A DNA stretch of 64,000 nt from Octopus sinensis (lineage: Eukaryota). Positions 13,771 to 27,260 of this stretch are shown piece after piece (within the stretch, counting starts at the first letter, position 1; each line of letters starts with the position of its first letter). The stretch spans positions 116,498,001 to 116,562,000 of the forward strand of contig NC_043002.1 of the NCBI RefSeq assembly GCF_006345805.1, given 5' to 3'. Under the pieces are notes generated by a model. It was not told where the DNA came from. It saw only the letters and a program-made list of their open reading frames with translations, and did not search any database. The translations under genes and the position numbers were made by a program.

Positions 13771-14284
13771 TATATATGTTTGTGTGTGTGTATGCATATG
13801 TAATATATGTATATATAATATATATATAAAAATTATGTAATATGTATATAACATATATATGTAATATAATATACGATATATACAATATATAAAGGTACAA
13901 ACACATACATATATAGTTTACTTTTCTGTTACAGTAAGATGAACATAAACGTTCTCCATCAAGTGAGAGATATTATATAACGTACACATTATAAAGATAC
14001 GAACTACTAATAGTTTCATGAATTAGAGAAACGAGTTTAGGTCGATTTTTATAACACGCTTTGTGTCTCCAGCAATCTCAGGCTCTGAGCGCATAGCTTA
14101 TTCAATTTATAAATAAGGACGCTGGAACAAGAGAAATCTCGAGAAAAAAACGAGATTAAGATAGATGCAAACGAGATTAAGATAGATGCAAAAATCAGAA
14201 GGGTGAAAAGCAAAATGGAAAAAGAAAAGAAAATATTTAAAGCTATGTCTGCTTTAACCGGAAAGCCATAATAAAACTGGTTGT

Positions 14285-14720
14285 TGTAGAATGATTCACC
14301 GGAGAGGGGCCCAAAGTTTGCGAAACAGCTGCTCAATCCGAAAGAATTGTGTCCATATGTTTGCATTTGCTGGAAATTTCTGATCTAAAAAGAGAGTGAG
14401 ATCCTTCAGCTACGCATAAGTTGCATTTCTTAGATCCATTAACATCTGACATGGGTTTCTCTACGATTTTTCTACTTGATTGTATGTGATGTCGAGTTGG
14501 TCTTCAAACACCATGCATGGCTAACCAACCTAGTGGCTTTACTGCTGTCGATGAGCCGGAAAGACGATAGGTGGTTTGCATAACGTCTTTTGAAATCGCC
14601 TTCGCATAAACCGATGTAATTTCATTTCGAAAGCGTAGCTGTCACTTCAGCCTCATATATGACGGAGTTTATCATGCACTTCAGGGTCTCGACAGTCGAT
14701 CTTGGTGGTGTTTAAGAGTA
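14285..14720 (-). mobile_element. Penelope-like element, GIY-YIG fragment
   Basis: KCMINSVIYEAEVT...NYIGLCEGDFKRRYANHLSSF...SHAW...NGSKKCNLCVAE...RSEISSKCKH. Confidence 0.85.
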
Positions 14721-14989
14721 ACACAGTTCTTCATATTGGGGCAGCAGATATATGATATTTTGATAAAGCGTCCGTTAAAAAAGGTAACGGGGACGTAAAT
14801 GCACCAGTATCGTTTGTCAAGCGACGTTGGGTGGGGGTGGGGGCGACAAACACAGATACACAAACATACATGCACACATATACGACCGGCTTCTTTCAGT
14901 TTCCGTTCACCAAATCCACAAGGTGCTACGCAGTGGGACTGAACCCGGAACCATATGGTTGGTAAGCAAGCCACTACTGCACCTATATA

Positions 14990-17030
14990 TACACAAAAAG
15001 TGAAACAGCAAATTTGGAAGAGGGAATTAGTGTGCCTCCCTATGGACAAACCTGGCAGACTGTCAATAGACAGCCCACAGAACTATTTCCAGACCATGCA
15101 ACAACGTATCATTAGCATGAGAGAAGTTGCACCACAAGGACATGAAAGAGTGGAAAAATTTCTCAATGCACACATAATATAGTGGTGCAACATACTCCAA
15201 CCGAAGAAATAGACTGCATAAATTTTCCAAACATTCAACAATGTTCCTACGCTATACGGGTTACATAAAGATCATAAACCTTACATAAAGATCATAAACT
15301 CGATCAGTTTGCGGAGCAAATATCCCCAGCAATCCTACTATCCTACTTCCTTTTACGGGTATTATGACCTCTCATTGAAATGTCCCCAGATCTCTGTGTG
15401 AGCACGGAGCATCTCCTCAGCAGAATCAGTAGTTGCAACCACTCCAATGGCCTCAAAGCTTGTGTAGTGGGTAGTATGGATGTAGTTTCACTCTACGCAT
15501 CTATGGACCTTGCTGTAGAAAAATGCATTGAAATTATTTGTGAGAGTGAAGTAGAGTTCTGTGAAGTCAAAACGAGGGAACTGGGTCTCATCCTTAAACT
15601 AAGCTATGACTTTACCTCCCTAACAACCATGACCTTAGTAGATTCTTCCCCACCAGGCCACAGAAAGGAAGACCACCCACCATCATCTCGGCAGTGAAGA
15701 AAATCACCGCAGAGCGCTGGAGTGGCTGGACCATACCCAACCAGGACCCTAAGAATAATAGCCAGGCGAAAAGAATGATAGAACATCCAATAGAGGCTAC
15801 CATAAGGATCACCTTGAAGAACCACACAGTAAAGTTTAACAGGAAGCTATACATGCAGGTTCAATGTGCAGACATTGGTGTCAATGTGGCTGGCCTTTTC
15901 ATGACCTGGTGGGAGAGAAAACTTAGACAACCCTTTGCGGAACAATCCACAACTGTTTTGCTTTATTGTATGTATGTAGATGACATTAATATTCTAGTAA
16001 GGACAAACTCTAGTAAATGTAATGTAGAAACGGTGAAGAGTATAATGGAGAGCATGCAGCACGTAGCTAACTGCATCCGCCAGAGTATCAAGGTAACTAT
16101 AAATTACCACACTAGATACCCTAACAATAGACTTCATGTACTTGATACTGAAATTTGGTTAGAGACTGTGAACAGCAGACTGCAGCTCTTCCACTTCTAT
16201 TACATGAAACCCATAACTTCTAAATATATTGTTCACAAGAACTCACCTTTGTCACGCAACATGAAAATCGAAATACTGATAGCAGACTTAGTGAGGATAA
16301 TGAACAACGTGTCTCCACTATGCAAACCCTATGAAACAAAGAAACATGTACAGAACCTCATGTACCGCATGCAGTTCCCTGGATATTATCAGAAAGATAG
16401 GGTTTGGTTATACAGAGGTGCAAGAAAGAAATTAGATAGCATTCATATGTAATGAAATCAGTGGTACCTGCCCGAGATATAGGAGCAAAGACTAGAATAG
16501 GACACAAAGAGTTTGCGACAAAGCAAACAAGGTGAACACGTGGTAAAAGAGCGAAAAATATCAAGGAGTGATGTTTGTAGAGGCTACAGTCCATCCAGAA
16601 ATAGCCCGAAGATTTAGGGAAGCTCTGAAGGAGGCCAAACTCAACATTAAGATCGTTGAAAAGCCAGGGAGCTCCATCAAATCACAACTATGTAGGACAT
16701 ACCCCTTTGAGAATAACACATGCACCAATGCTAACTGCATGGTATGTCAGATTAATCATGGCAGTAACTGTAGAACTAGAAATGTAGTCTACAGCATAAA
16801 GTGCATAGAGGGTGCTTGTAAAGACATGAACATGATATACAAAGGTGGGACATCTAGAAGCATTGCAGAAAGACTAAATGACACACATTTGAGACAATAT
16901 GACGGCAAAAAAGAGCTCTCCATACGCTACCAAGATGCCAAAGACCAACATGGAAGCATATTGGGTCAACTTGACAAACACAGGAGTACGTCCTCATAAA
17001 TGAAGCATTATCAGTACTAAATAGGAAATA
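14990..17030 (+). mobile_element. Penelope-like element, RT plus GIY-YIG, decayed
   Basis: DKPGRLS, YGLHKDHK, GSMDVVSLY, MYVDDI, VLDTEIW, CTNANCMVC, CRTRNVVYSIKC, YKGGTSRS. Confidence 0.88.
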
Positions 17031-17289
17031 TACGTAGAAGGTTGTCATACCTCATACATACATAATATATATACACATATATATATTCATATACACATAT
17101 ATATATATATATACATACATACATACATACATACATACATACATACACACATACATACATACATATATATATACAAAATAACGCATAAAAAATAATGTCA
17201 TTAAAATAAAAATCAAAAACTATCAACTCGATTATACCTTCCACACTGCCGCAGAACGGCTCTGGAAACCGGCACATATGTTTCTCACT

Positions 17290-17640
17290 ATGTCCCTCAG
17301 ATGATCTTTGAAAACATTTTTATCGTGGCTTCTGGCTCGGCCTTGGTGTTGCAGGCAAAGCAGTTGGTGTATTTCTCAACCACACATAGCGATTCAAGGG
17401 TTACAATCGGGAGAATCAGAAAGCTATAAATTCTCGACGCCCAATTCTGTCTCTTTCCATAGGAATGGCACGGAGTCGAATCCTACTGCCACACGTACAG
17501 CCATCCAGCAGGGGTTGACCGTAGTCTCCTGCAGCTACGCAAAGCAGTTTTAATTGAGACTAAGGCGATGTTCAAAGGGGTGGGGTGGAATGATGTCACC
17601 CTCACTGGAGACGCAGGCCAAAAAAATTAGAATTTGGGCA
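17290..17640 (-). mobile_element. Tc1/mariner (maT/DD37D-like) transposase remnant
   Basis: Broken frames ACVSSEGDIIPPH, YVWQ*DSTPCH, SPDCNP, VEKYTNCFACNTKAE. Confidence 0.75.
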
Positions 17641-18135
17641 AATTGGTTTCCATGGTCTCTATGTCATGTTTTACAGTCTTTACAGTGTTCACAGAACAAT
17701 GAGAAGTCGTCACGATGTCGGCATTTTGATATCCGGCGGGAATCATCGTGATACAGATACCTCTTTTCCAATATTCAGATGGTTTTTACTGCTTCATCTC
17801 GGTTAAATGTAACCAACATAGAGCACTGAAGCAATCTCAATGTGTGTGTGTGTGTATATACTTATTGTCCTGTATGTTGGTTAGCTATTGCCAGTGGCTT
17901 TTTGCCACTGGCGACACCAAAATTGAACAATATCAACGACAAAAGACGCGAAATTGTAAGGAGCTTCTGGACGTTGACTGATGAGGAATTAGCTATGAAA
18001 TTTCTGTCCGTTAAGTTTTTGTTAAAGTTTCCGTTTGCTGTGTTTTTGTTAAAATCTTTGAAATATATATATATATATAATAGAAATATTATTATTTCTA
18101 ATTCTCTCTAAAGAAGACTACGGCAGCGGTACTGG

Positions 18136-18463
18136 ATATTGATAGCTATCGCCAAGCTAACATGGCAGTCCAGATAAATAGGACGAATGCTGCCGTTGAT
18201 TAGCTCTAAGAGGCCATCGCCTCTAGCTAGCTATGTGACACACAATCCTGCGACCATTATAACCTTCGAACAGGGGAGGTGAGCAGCTTCACCTTGCTGG
18301 TCTGGCATCCACATGCTGGCATTCCCTGTTCGAAGGTTATAAATAACACTGGATTGTGTGTCACATAGCTAGCTAGAGGCGATGGCCTCTTGGGGCTAAT
18401 TTACGGCAGCATTCGTCCTATGTATCTGGACTGCCATGTTAGCTTAGCGATAACTTCTAATAT
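18136..18463. mobile_element. Fold-back element / MITE with ~130-bp arms
   Basis: 18147-18277 is a near-perfect reverse complement of 18322-18452. Confidence 0.85.
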
Positions 18464-18697
18464 ATATATATAGTTCTCGTAGCCGATGGATTCAGCCAAA
18501 TTTCAAGTTACTAATCCTATCTTGGTACACAGATTTACAGTCTTTCCGTTCGATCAGATTTTTCATTCTTGTGGAAGTACTTTTGTTAAAACATACAACT
18601 TATTTACGCAGTGATGGGGATGGGCATATTTAATTTGAAAACTAACTTCAAATTTATTCCCAAACACTCTATAACAATGTTCAAATGAATTAATATG

Positions 18698-18758
<61 letters not shown>

Positions 18759-19049
18759 GTGTGTGTGTGTGTGTGTGTATACATGCAAACATCTATACAT
18801 GCCTACATACACACACACACACACATACATCCGAACATTTATTTTGACCCGGACATTACTTTACGCACTTCCGACTGGATCGTTAAGGACGTCGTCATAC
18901 TTCTTTGGTCAAAACAACCTCATTCTCCCGTTCAATTGTAATTGAATTGTTTATAAAGACATTTTTATCAAAATAATTTTCGTTTAATGAGTAAAATAAA
19001 TTTATGCATTAAGAGTCGAGCAGACCAGTTACGAAATGCACAAACATGC

Positions 19050-19101
<52 letters not shown>

Positions 19102-19477
19102 GCACACACAGACACATACACACGCACGTACACACACACACACACACACAGAGGAGAGCATGCACGCACACATACATACACGTACACAACGACACGAATG
19201 TATAAGTGGAGTAAAAGGGCGTTATTGTTTACAAACTTGTCAAAATGCTTCAGTATTTAATTAAGACCTCAAATATTAACGAAATGTTGAACCATATGTG
19301 AATGTATGTTTACTACCAACGCCACCACTACTGAACTTAATTCCAGTGATACGCACATGCATACCTACTTACATACATACATAAGTACATGCATGCATAT
19401 ACACATACATGCATACGTACGTACATATCTATCTATTTCTCTCTTTCTGTATATTTGTATATTCTTTTTTCTTTCAT

Positions 19478-19985
<508 letters not shown>

Positions 19986-20067
19986 ACACATGTGCCTATA
20001 TATATATTTGGTGTGTGTGTGTGTGTGTGTGTGTGCGTGCGTGTGTGTACGTGTGTGCGTGTGTATG

Positions 20068-20101
<34 letters not shown>

Positions 20102-20690
20102 CACGTGTGTTAAACCTGAATGCTATGATATATTCCTTCAACTCTCATTCTAAATTATATGAAACTGGTGTCGTTGATAATACAATTACAAAAAAAAAAG
20201 AAAAAAAGAAAGAAACCCCCCAGAAACACAAACATCATCCTCTAGAGTAAACCGGCTCTTTCATCATGAAAATTGTGTAGCGTGTTTCCCTCTGGAAAGG
20301 AAATATAATCCTCGAAAGAAACCATTTTATATTCTCTATTTCATTTCTTTCTTCAGCCAACTCGAGCTAATCATCTTCATAATATTGTTAAAAATAATGG
20401 CTATTCAGTAATTGATTACTTCCTACTTCAACAGAAATAATTCTCAAATAAAAATAATGAAGCGACCACTGCTTGTGTATTTATCCTAAAGAATCTTGAA
20501 GTAGTTTATTTTTTCACATTATTCTCATGTAATACTTAATATTTGTTATTAAGTTCCAAAATATATTCAGAAATTTTATTTGTTATTCTAATGCATAATG
20601 CCCTATTAATAATAAACATAGTTTAAAGAAATATATAGATACATCATCTAATTTTATTTCTTGAAAATAGTTCTGGAGTGGATCTCGGTC

Positions 20691-20729
<39 letters not shown>

Positions 20730-20759
20730 TTAACACTGTAGTATTGGTTTCATATTTTT

Positions 20760-21190
20760 GGCACAAGGCCATCAATTTTGGGGATGTGGGTAAGTCAGTT
20801 ACATCGACCCCAGTGCTCAACTCCCACTTATTTTACCGACCCCGGAAGGATGAAAGGCAAAACCGACTTCGGCGGAATTTTAACTCTGAACGTAAAGGCG
20901 GACAAAATGCCGCTAAGCACTTTGTCCAGCGTGCTAACGATTCTGTTAGCTCGCTATCTTTTATTGCTGGTATATTGATATTAGTAAGGCGGCGAAGTGG
21001 CAGAAACGTTAGCATACCGGGCAAAATGCTTAGCGGTTTTTCGTCTGTCTTTACATTCTGAATTCAAATTCCGCCAAGGTCGACTTTACCTTTCATCCTT
21101 TCGGGGTCGATAAATTAAGTACCAATTGAGTGCTGCGGTCGATCTAATCAACTGGCACCTTCCCCCAAAATTTCGGGTCTTGTGCCCAGA
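20760..21190. mobile_element. Head-to-head inverted pair of second-family (OR1-like) tRNA SINEs
   Basis: A minus copy at ~20760-20955 and a plus copy at ~20988-21190 (ggcggcgaagtggcagaaacgttagc...ttcaaattccgcc), about 30 nt apart. Confidence 0.85.
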
Positions 21191-21802
21191 GTAGAAAAGA
21201 CTATTGTTATTAGTGATGCAGTACAGGCATATCTAATTTAAAAAACAAAGAAGTGAAATTTGGTAATGTACTTTTCTTAATAGAAGCTTAGCAATTTTTT
21301 TGTCGGTGGTCGCTAAAAATTTGAAATATTAGACAACATCTCTTTACCGTCCCTGATTTTAAAACCTTTTATCAAATATTACTGAAATGAAGTTAAAGAA
21401 AGTCTATAACATGAAATTATATAGCAAAAGTGATTACCAACAATGAAAAATATAAAATGTTACTAACCAAGTAGCAGAAAAATTAAAAGTGTGTACTGCA
21501 TCTTGTATGTAAGCAAAGTAGACTGCGTGATTTGAGTCTTTTTTATATTTTTGAACCGGATATTCTATTTTGTTTTTATCACATATTGGCTTGTCGAAAA
21601 GCTAAAGATACGGAAATCCGGACGTTCCCATATTGTTAACTTTGCTACAATGTGGCAGTTTGTTCGTACAGAAATAAGTTAAGGGTTCATTCCGGTACTG
21701 CCGCAAATTGCTCATAGGTCATTAATATATTTCGGAAACTCATGGCGCCAGCATTTTGGAGAATATATCTGGATATTATATTTTCGATAGACCAAAGATT
21801 TA

Positions 21803-22368
21803 TTGGGTTGTCCGGAAAGTTTGAGCCGATTTTTAAAAGAAAGGAAAAGGTCAATAAATAATTGCCATTACATTTTTAATCAACCAAATATGAACCATTT
21901 TGTTGGACAATGCGTCTCCATCTTTCCTTTAACTTGAAAATACCCTCTTCCCAGAATTGAGGTGGTTTCATGGCAAAGAATTCATCAAGGTATCTTTTTA
22001 CGTCATCCAAGGAATTGAAATTTTTACCATTAAGACTATTCTGCAGAGACCTGAATAAGTGGAAATCCGAAGGAGCAATATCTGGTGAATATGGAAGGTG
22101 GAGTAACACATCCCAGCCGAGCTGCAGCAATTTTTGTCTGATTCCCAAAGCATCAAGTGCCGAAAATGAACTTTCTTATCTTCCATTTTAAAGAGTCACA
22201 GAATTAACACAGGTTATAGGAACATAAACCTTCATCCACGAAGAGATAGCTTAAACTGTGCTCTAAATGGAAGTGTAGTCAAATCCTATTTTATGGACTC
22301 AACCACGTTCTAAAATAAGTCGAAAGATAAGTTACCATAAATTGGCACGAACTTTCCGGACAACCCAA
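21803..22368 (-). mobile_element. Internally deleted mariner (DD34D type)
   Basis: Perfect TIRs ttgggttgtccggaaagtt with TA TSD. C-terminal transposase HLPYSPDIAPSDFHLFRSL...ERWRRIVQQNGSYL. Confidence 0.92.
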
Positions 22369-24289
22369 TAATTAATTAATGATATCTTTTAATTGCTTCA
22401 GTAATTGTACTGCTGCCATGCTGGAGTACCGCCTTGATGGGTATTAGTCTAACAAATGGCTATCACTGCAATTTCTATCTTTTATTGAAACCAGTCCACT
22501 TATGCCTTTTATGTAAAGTCCTTAATGTTAGATTGTAATTTACCCTCCTTGGGATTTAGTAACAATGTTTTGGACAATTATGTTTTCTTTGTATGAGAAA
22601 AAAGTCTTCTTAAAATAAATTTTAGCATAAAATACATCTAGCGAGAAGATAAAATTAATCCTGATATTAGTGAAAACAAATCCAAGGTAAGCGAGTTAAT
22701 ATATCTACAAATAGAGAAGATCCATACCAACTATTGAAAAATAACTTTTCAAGCTTTTATTAAAAATGTATAATTAAATTAATTAATTATATCTTCAAAT
22801 ATATTCGGGCAATTAGCTCTTTATATAACTTTATCATCAACAATAGTTTCCAGTAGATTTAATTTCAGTCTGACATTTAATCAAATGAATGGCATTTGAA
22901 TTGTGGAAGTTTCATAACTAAATTGGTAGAACATTTTTATTTCTGCTTTGAAGAACAAAATTCTGTCAACTTGGGATTTGATGATAATCATTTATTAACC
23001 ATCTCGAGAGTAATGGTTGTAATATGTCTATTGTTCTAGAGAGAACAAATAAAGTAGGGAATATTATCGTTTCTTGATTATATTGAAAGATCGAAGTATT
23101 GATCTTTTTGACAATGAATAGGATACCCCCGGAGTTTTGAACCAAGACCTCAATAAATACCTCAAAATTGTTTAGTTCAGCAATTTACCCTTTCTGCTAT
23201 CCAACTGTGCTGCAAAACAGAAATATTAGATATTCGAATCCAACTGGTGTTCGACAACATATTACTGTGATGGTAATTCGCACATATAAACTGTAATTGA
23301 AACTGTCATTGGTAATACAACTCGGTGTCTGTTGTATATTCATTTCTTAACTAAGAAGCCACCAAATCAGCATCGCTAACAAAGTATTAATCTATTATTA
23401 TTTGTTTCCCCCATTTGATAAGAATGTTTTAAACAACATCTGCATATGCTGAATCACTTTCTTACATTGCATACTCGTAAATAGCATGAATAATAATGAA
23501 ACTCTGAACAGGGCTCAATCATTGGTTGGAGTTGAATGTTGATTGTTATGTATTATAGCTCGTGCAGTCAAGAAATAATTACGCATGTTATATCTATCTA
23601 GAATAAAAACGCGTAATTATGATTTGTAACACATATCTTCAAACTAGATTAAGTGTAGAGTCACAGCTATGTTCTCTGCTTAGTTTCTCTTTTTACATAC
23701 TCCTAAACGTCCAGAGTAACTGACATTACGAGGGCTCAAATGAATTAATACTTTTATGCAGTTCTATCAAAAATACATGCTTCCCGCCAAACAGCACAAT
23801 TTTTATTACAACTGGCATATAACAACGATTTAAACATAGTTCTGCAATGTCGTCTAATTCTGAAGTGGCTTACAAGTGATAGTGGTGTGTTGTAATTTGA
23901 CCTAAAACTAAATCTCAACAAAACGATATCTTTTCTATTACTGTGAGTCTTCCGATTGTTATAACGGACCTATCTTGTTTCTACAACTAAGCTTGTTTCT
24001 ATTTATCATTCATAATCTACGCAATTTACAGCTAAGCCAGTGTAATTTATGAAATAACAACAAGGCTGGGAAAATTCTACATAACTCTGTACAAATTAAC
24101 TTATTGTCTTTACTATATTCGTTTTTACAACTTTACCTAAGTAGAGGAGAGTGATTTTGTCTTCAATATATTATGCAGTGTACACACAAGAAAATAATTT
24201 TTACCTACAGCGCATTTGTATGTCAATAAAGCTGCACAATTTTGCCAAATAGATTCTGTTTGACATTAAATTGCAAAGTAAATATCTAT

Positions 24290-24510
24290 TTCTTTATTGC
24301 CTACAAGGAGCTAAATATGGAGGGGACAAACAAAGGGATTAAGTGGATTATATCGACCCCAGTGCATAACAGGTACTTATTTAATCGACCCCGAAAAGAG
24401 GAAAGGCTAAGTCGATCTCGGCGGAATTTGAACTCAGTACATAGCAGCAGACGAAATATCGCTAAGCATTACGCCCTGCGTGCTAACAATTCTGCCAGCT
24501 CGCCGCCTTG
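24290..24510 (-). mobile_element. OR1-like SINE
   Basis: Homologous to 20988-21190. Further copies at ~27920-28110 (-), ~29520-29670 (-) and ~32895-33075 (+). Confidence 0.8.
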
Positions 24511-25612
24511 CAAAATAAATTTTGAATGATAATGATTTTTGTAACCACAACGTTTAAGCACAAATTTTGTCCTTGCAATTTGTGTCAAAATGCAATTAAT
24601 CGCGACTGGTTTACACAAACTGCAAAATAGGAAGGAAAATTTGTAAGTACATTCATCAATGATATCAAGGAATATACTTCAGCCTAATTCCTGACTAGCT
24701 TCAAAATTACGGGTTTTCTTCATGGCTGATTCTCGATATAGAGTGAGGTATATATTGACAGATCGGTCGCCTCTGTGTAATGAAGTTCATATCGTATAAC
24801 TCAATAATGTTATATGTAATGGCACCAGTTTCCGTGTCGGTTGTGTTTTATAGATAGGATGCGCTGTCTTTTTAGATAGTCTATTAAATATATTGTAAGA
24901 CGTCGAACAACGTGCGAGGTTTAGAAACTCAATTTTCTTGTATCCGAAGTATATAATTCAATTTAATATGTTATTAATCCATCTCTATAGGTTTAAAGTT
25001 ATTCCGATTTGGAAGTGATATCACGAAAGTTGATAATTTGCATTATCGGTAAGTCAAAGGAGGAAGGGCGGTACTCTTAACCATTGATGATCCTCTTTGA
25101 ATTATGAGATTGTTGGTATCCAGCATGAACATATGTACTTGGACGTCTGCAGGAAAAAGCGGTCAAACAGGTAATTTTAGAGGACTGCGTTTCTTGGACA
25201 CAGAATTTAAAGGTTGGGTTGATAAGAGAACATGTGTTTCAGACAAATACGAAGAGATGGGAAAAACAAACTAAATAATTAAGAGGAGTAAATGTTGCAA
25301 TAATGGTAGAGTGAACATAGAAAAGAAGACAAGATATCCTGTTGCACAATGGGGAAATGAATCATTGCCTATCAACGACTTTCTATTGGAAGTGGTCTGA
25401 GATGTGTGTATGTATCAGTTGCATGGCCTCAAACATGTTAGTACCACTACGTTTTGCTTAAAGTTTTAGAGAAGGTAGCAACACGTCAGAATTGAAATAT
25501 TTTCTAGTTTTGTAAGGGTAGTCTAGTTTTGCATCGATAAGTTATCAATCTTACATCGTTATGTCACTACTATTAGACAGATCTTGGTATACAGAAGAAA
25601 AATTGACGAAGT

Positions 25613-26045
25613 TCAATTCAATTCAATTCAATCTTTATTGGCTCAAAAAGCAAAAGCAAGGCCATGTAGGGGGGACATGGAGTCATGTTCAGGAAGGGTG
25701 GTCATACAAAGAGTTCAGGCCATTTCTGGTCAAGAGAGACTTTGAACCGAGCGGTCGTCGGCATCTTCACTATCTCGTCCGGCAGCTTATTCCACGGATC
25801 CGCAACCCGGACGGAGAAAGCCCCTTTCCTTCGATTGAGATGAAATTGTCGTAGATAGAACTTTTCGGAGTGACTCCGCAGCCCATGCTCTGGAGCAGGA
25901 GTGAAGAACAGCTCTTTCGAGAGGTTATACTTTCCGCTTATGATGTTGTGAGCGAGAATGAGATCACCACGGCGTTGTCGTTTTTCTAGAGAACAAAGCT
26001 CGAGCGTCTTCAGCCTTTCTTCATAAGACAAATGCTTGAGACAAA
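25613..26045 (-). mobile_element. CR1-clade LINE 3' end with (ATTGA)n tail
   Basis: SYEERLKTLELCSLEKRQRRGDLI...FSVRVADPWNKLP, followed by a ttgaa repeat tail. Confidence 0.9.
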
Positions 26046-27034
26046 GAACCAGTCTTACAGCTTATAAATTTCTCAAAAGCTTTCGATTTTCTTTGCATTT
26101 CAGTTTGCAAAATTTATGAGCTCGGGTACATTCTTGCCAAACTGACTTCTTCTCGTCAGCCAGGCACAGCAATAACAGTCAAAGATTAATCTCATAACAT
26201 CGTTCTCTTTGTAGAAGCTACCTATTTTCCAACTGTTTCTTAAAAGGTGGCAAACGATGTTGGTGTTTATGATAACGTTTCAAGTACTACATGCATCTGT
26301 TACAATTATTAGCGCTCAATAAGCGCAATCAATCAAACGAAATCTAAAACTGTAGAATCCTTTGTATACTTATCACGAAATATCACATCTACAGAAAAAA
26401 AAAATGAAAATTCTCTTATGATAGCATGGACTGCCTTTGATTGTCTCAGTGTGATCTAGGAGTCATTGTTACTAGATGACTTGGAGTAGAAACTTTATTC
26501 CGTGATATGTGAAAGCAGCACTATTGTACTACTTGGACACTCATAAAACACTAGAAATAAAGCTTGAGATTTACTCGGGCATGTTGCGGGCTGCTTGGAA
26601 TATCTGGTGGGTGCAACATCTAACCAAGCGACAATTTTATGTCAGCATTCTTGAATTCAATGATGTTATTTAAGACGCATATGTTATGCAAGACTAGTGG
26701 AGAGCTAAGCAAAAATTGACGTGGCATGGAAATATACGGGTTGCCATCCAGCATAAAATTTTCATCGGACAACTCTGCACAGGAGATTGCCAATAATTGG
26801 CAACAAGATATTGCCCTGATGACTTCCCGAAATCGTGATAGATATGATTGAGCTGGGAAATTTCTCCGAGCAAGCTCGACAAGATTATTCCGTTTCAAGT
26901 GCATAGTATATACAACTGTGGCTGCTGTAGTTCAGCGCCAGATCAGCTCTTATCGAGTTCGTATCGATATATGATCGAATACATTCCAAGATTGACATAG
27001 CTCGTCAGCCTTTTCAGATCCTGTGCATCTAGAA

Positions 27035-27260
27035 CAGGGGTGGGAAAACTACGGCCCGCGGGCCGCATGCGGCCCGCCATAGGTTTTCATGCGGTCCGCC
27101 GAGAGGAATATTTCACAAAATTTCCTTTCAATCAATTGTGTGTTTATAGGTCTATAACCGTCTTTAAAAATATTTTCACTTGATTTCTATAAATGAGGCC
27201 CGCCAAGGTTCCAAAGACGCACTGTGCGGCCCGCGATCAAAAAGGTTTGCCCACCCCTGA
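27035..27260. mobile_element. hAT-Charlie-type MITE, 226 bp
   Basis: TIRs caggggtggg / cccacccctg, exact 8-bp TSD atctagaa (27027-27034 and 27261-27268) matching the nTCTAGAn target, and subterminal gcggcccgc motifs. Confidence 0.92.

Noticed and set aside
17960-18015. CTGATGA...GAAA...TC motif
   Set aside because: Stems I and II do not pair; at best a heavily decayed hammerhead.
26600-27020. GC-richer island with overlapping short ORFs
   Set aside because: No identifiable domain in any frame; probably old repeat sequence.
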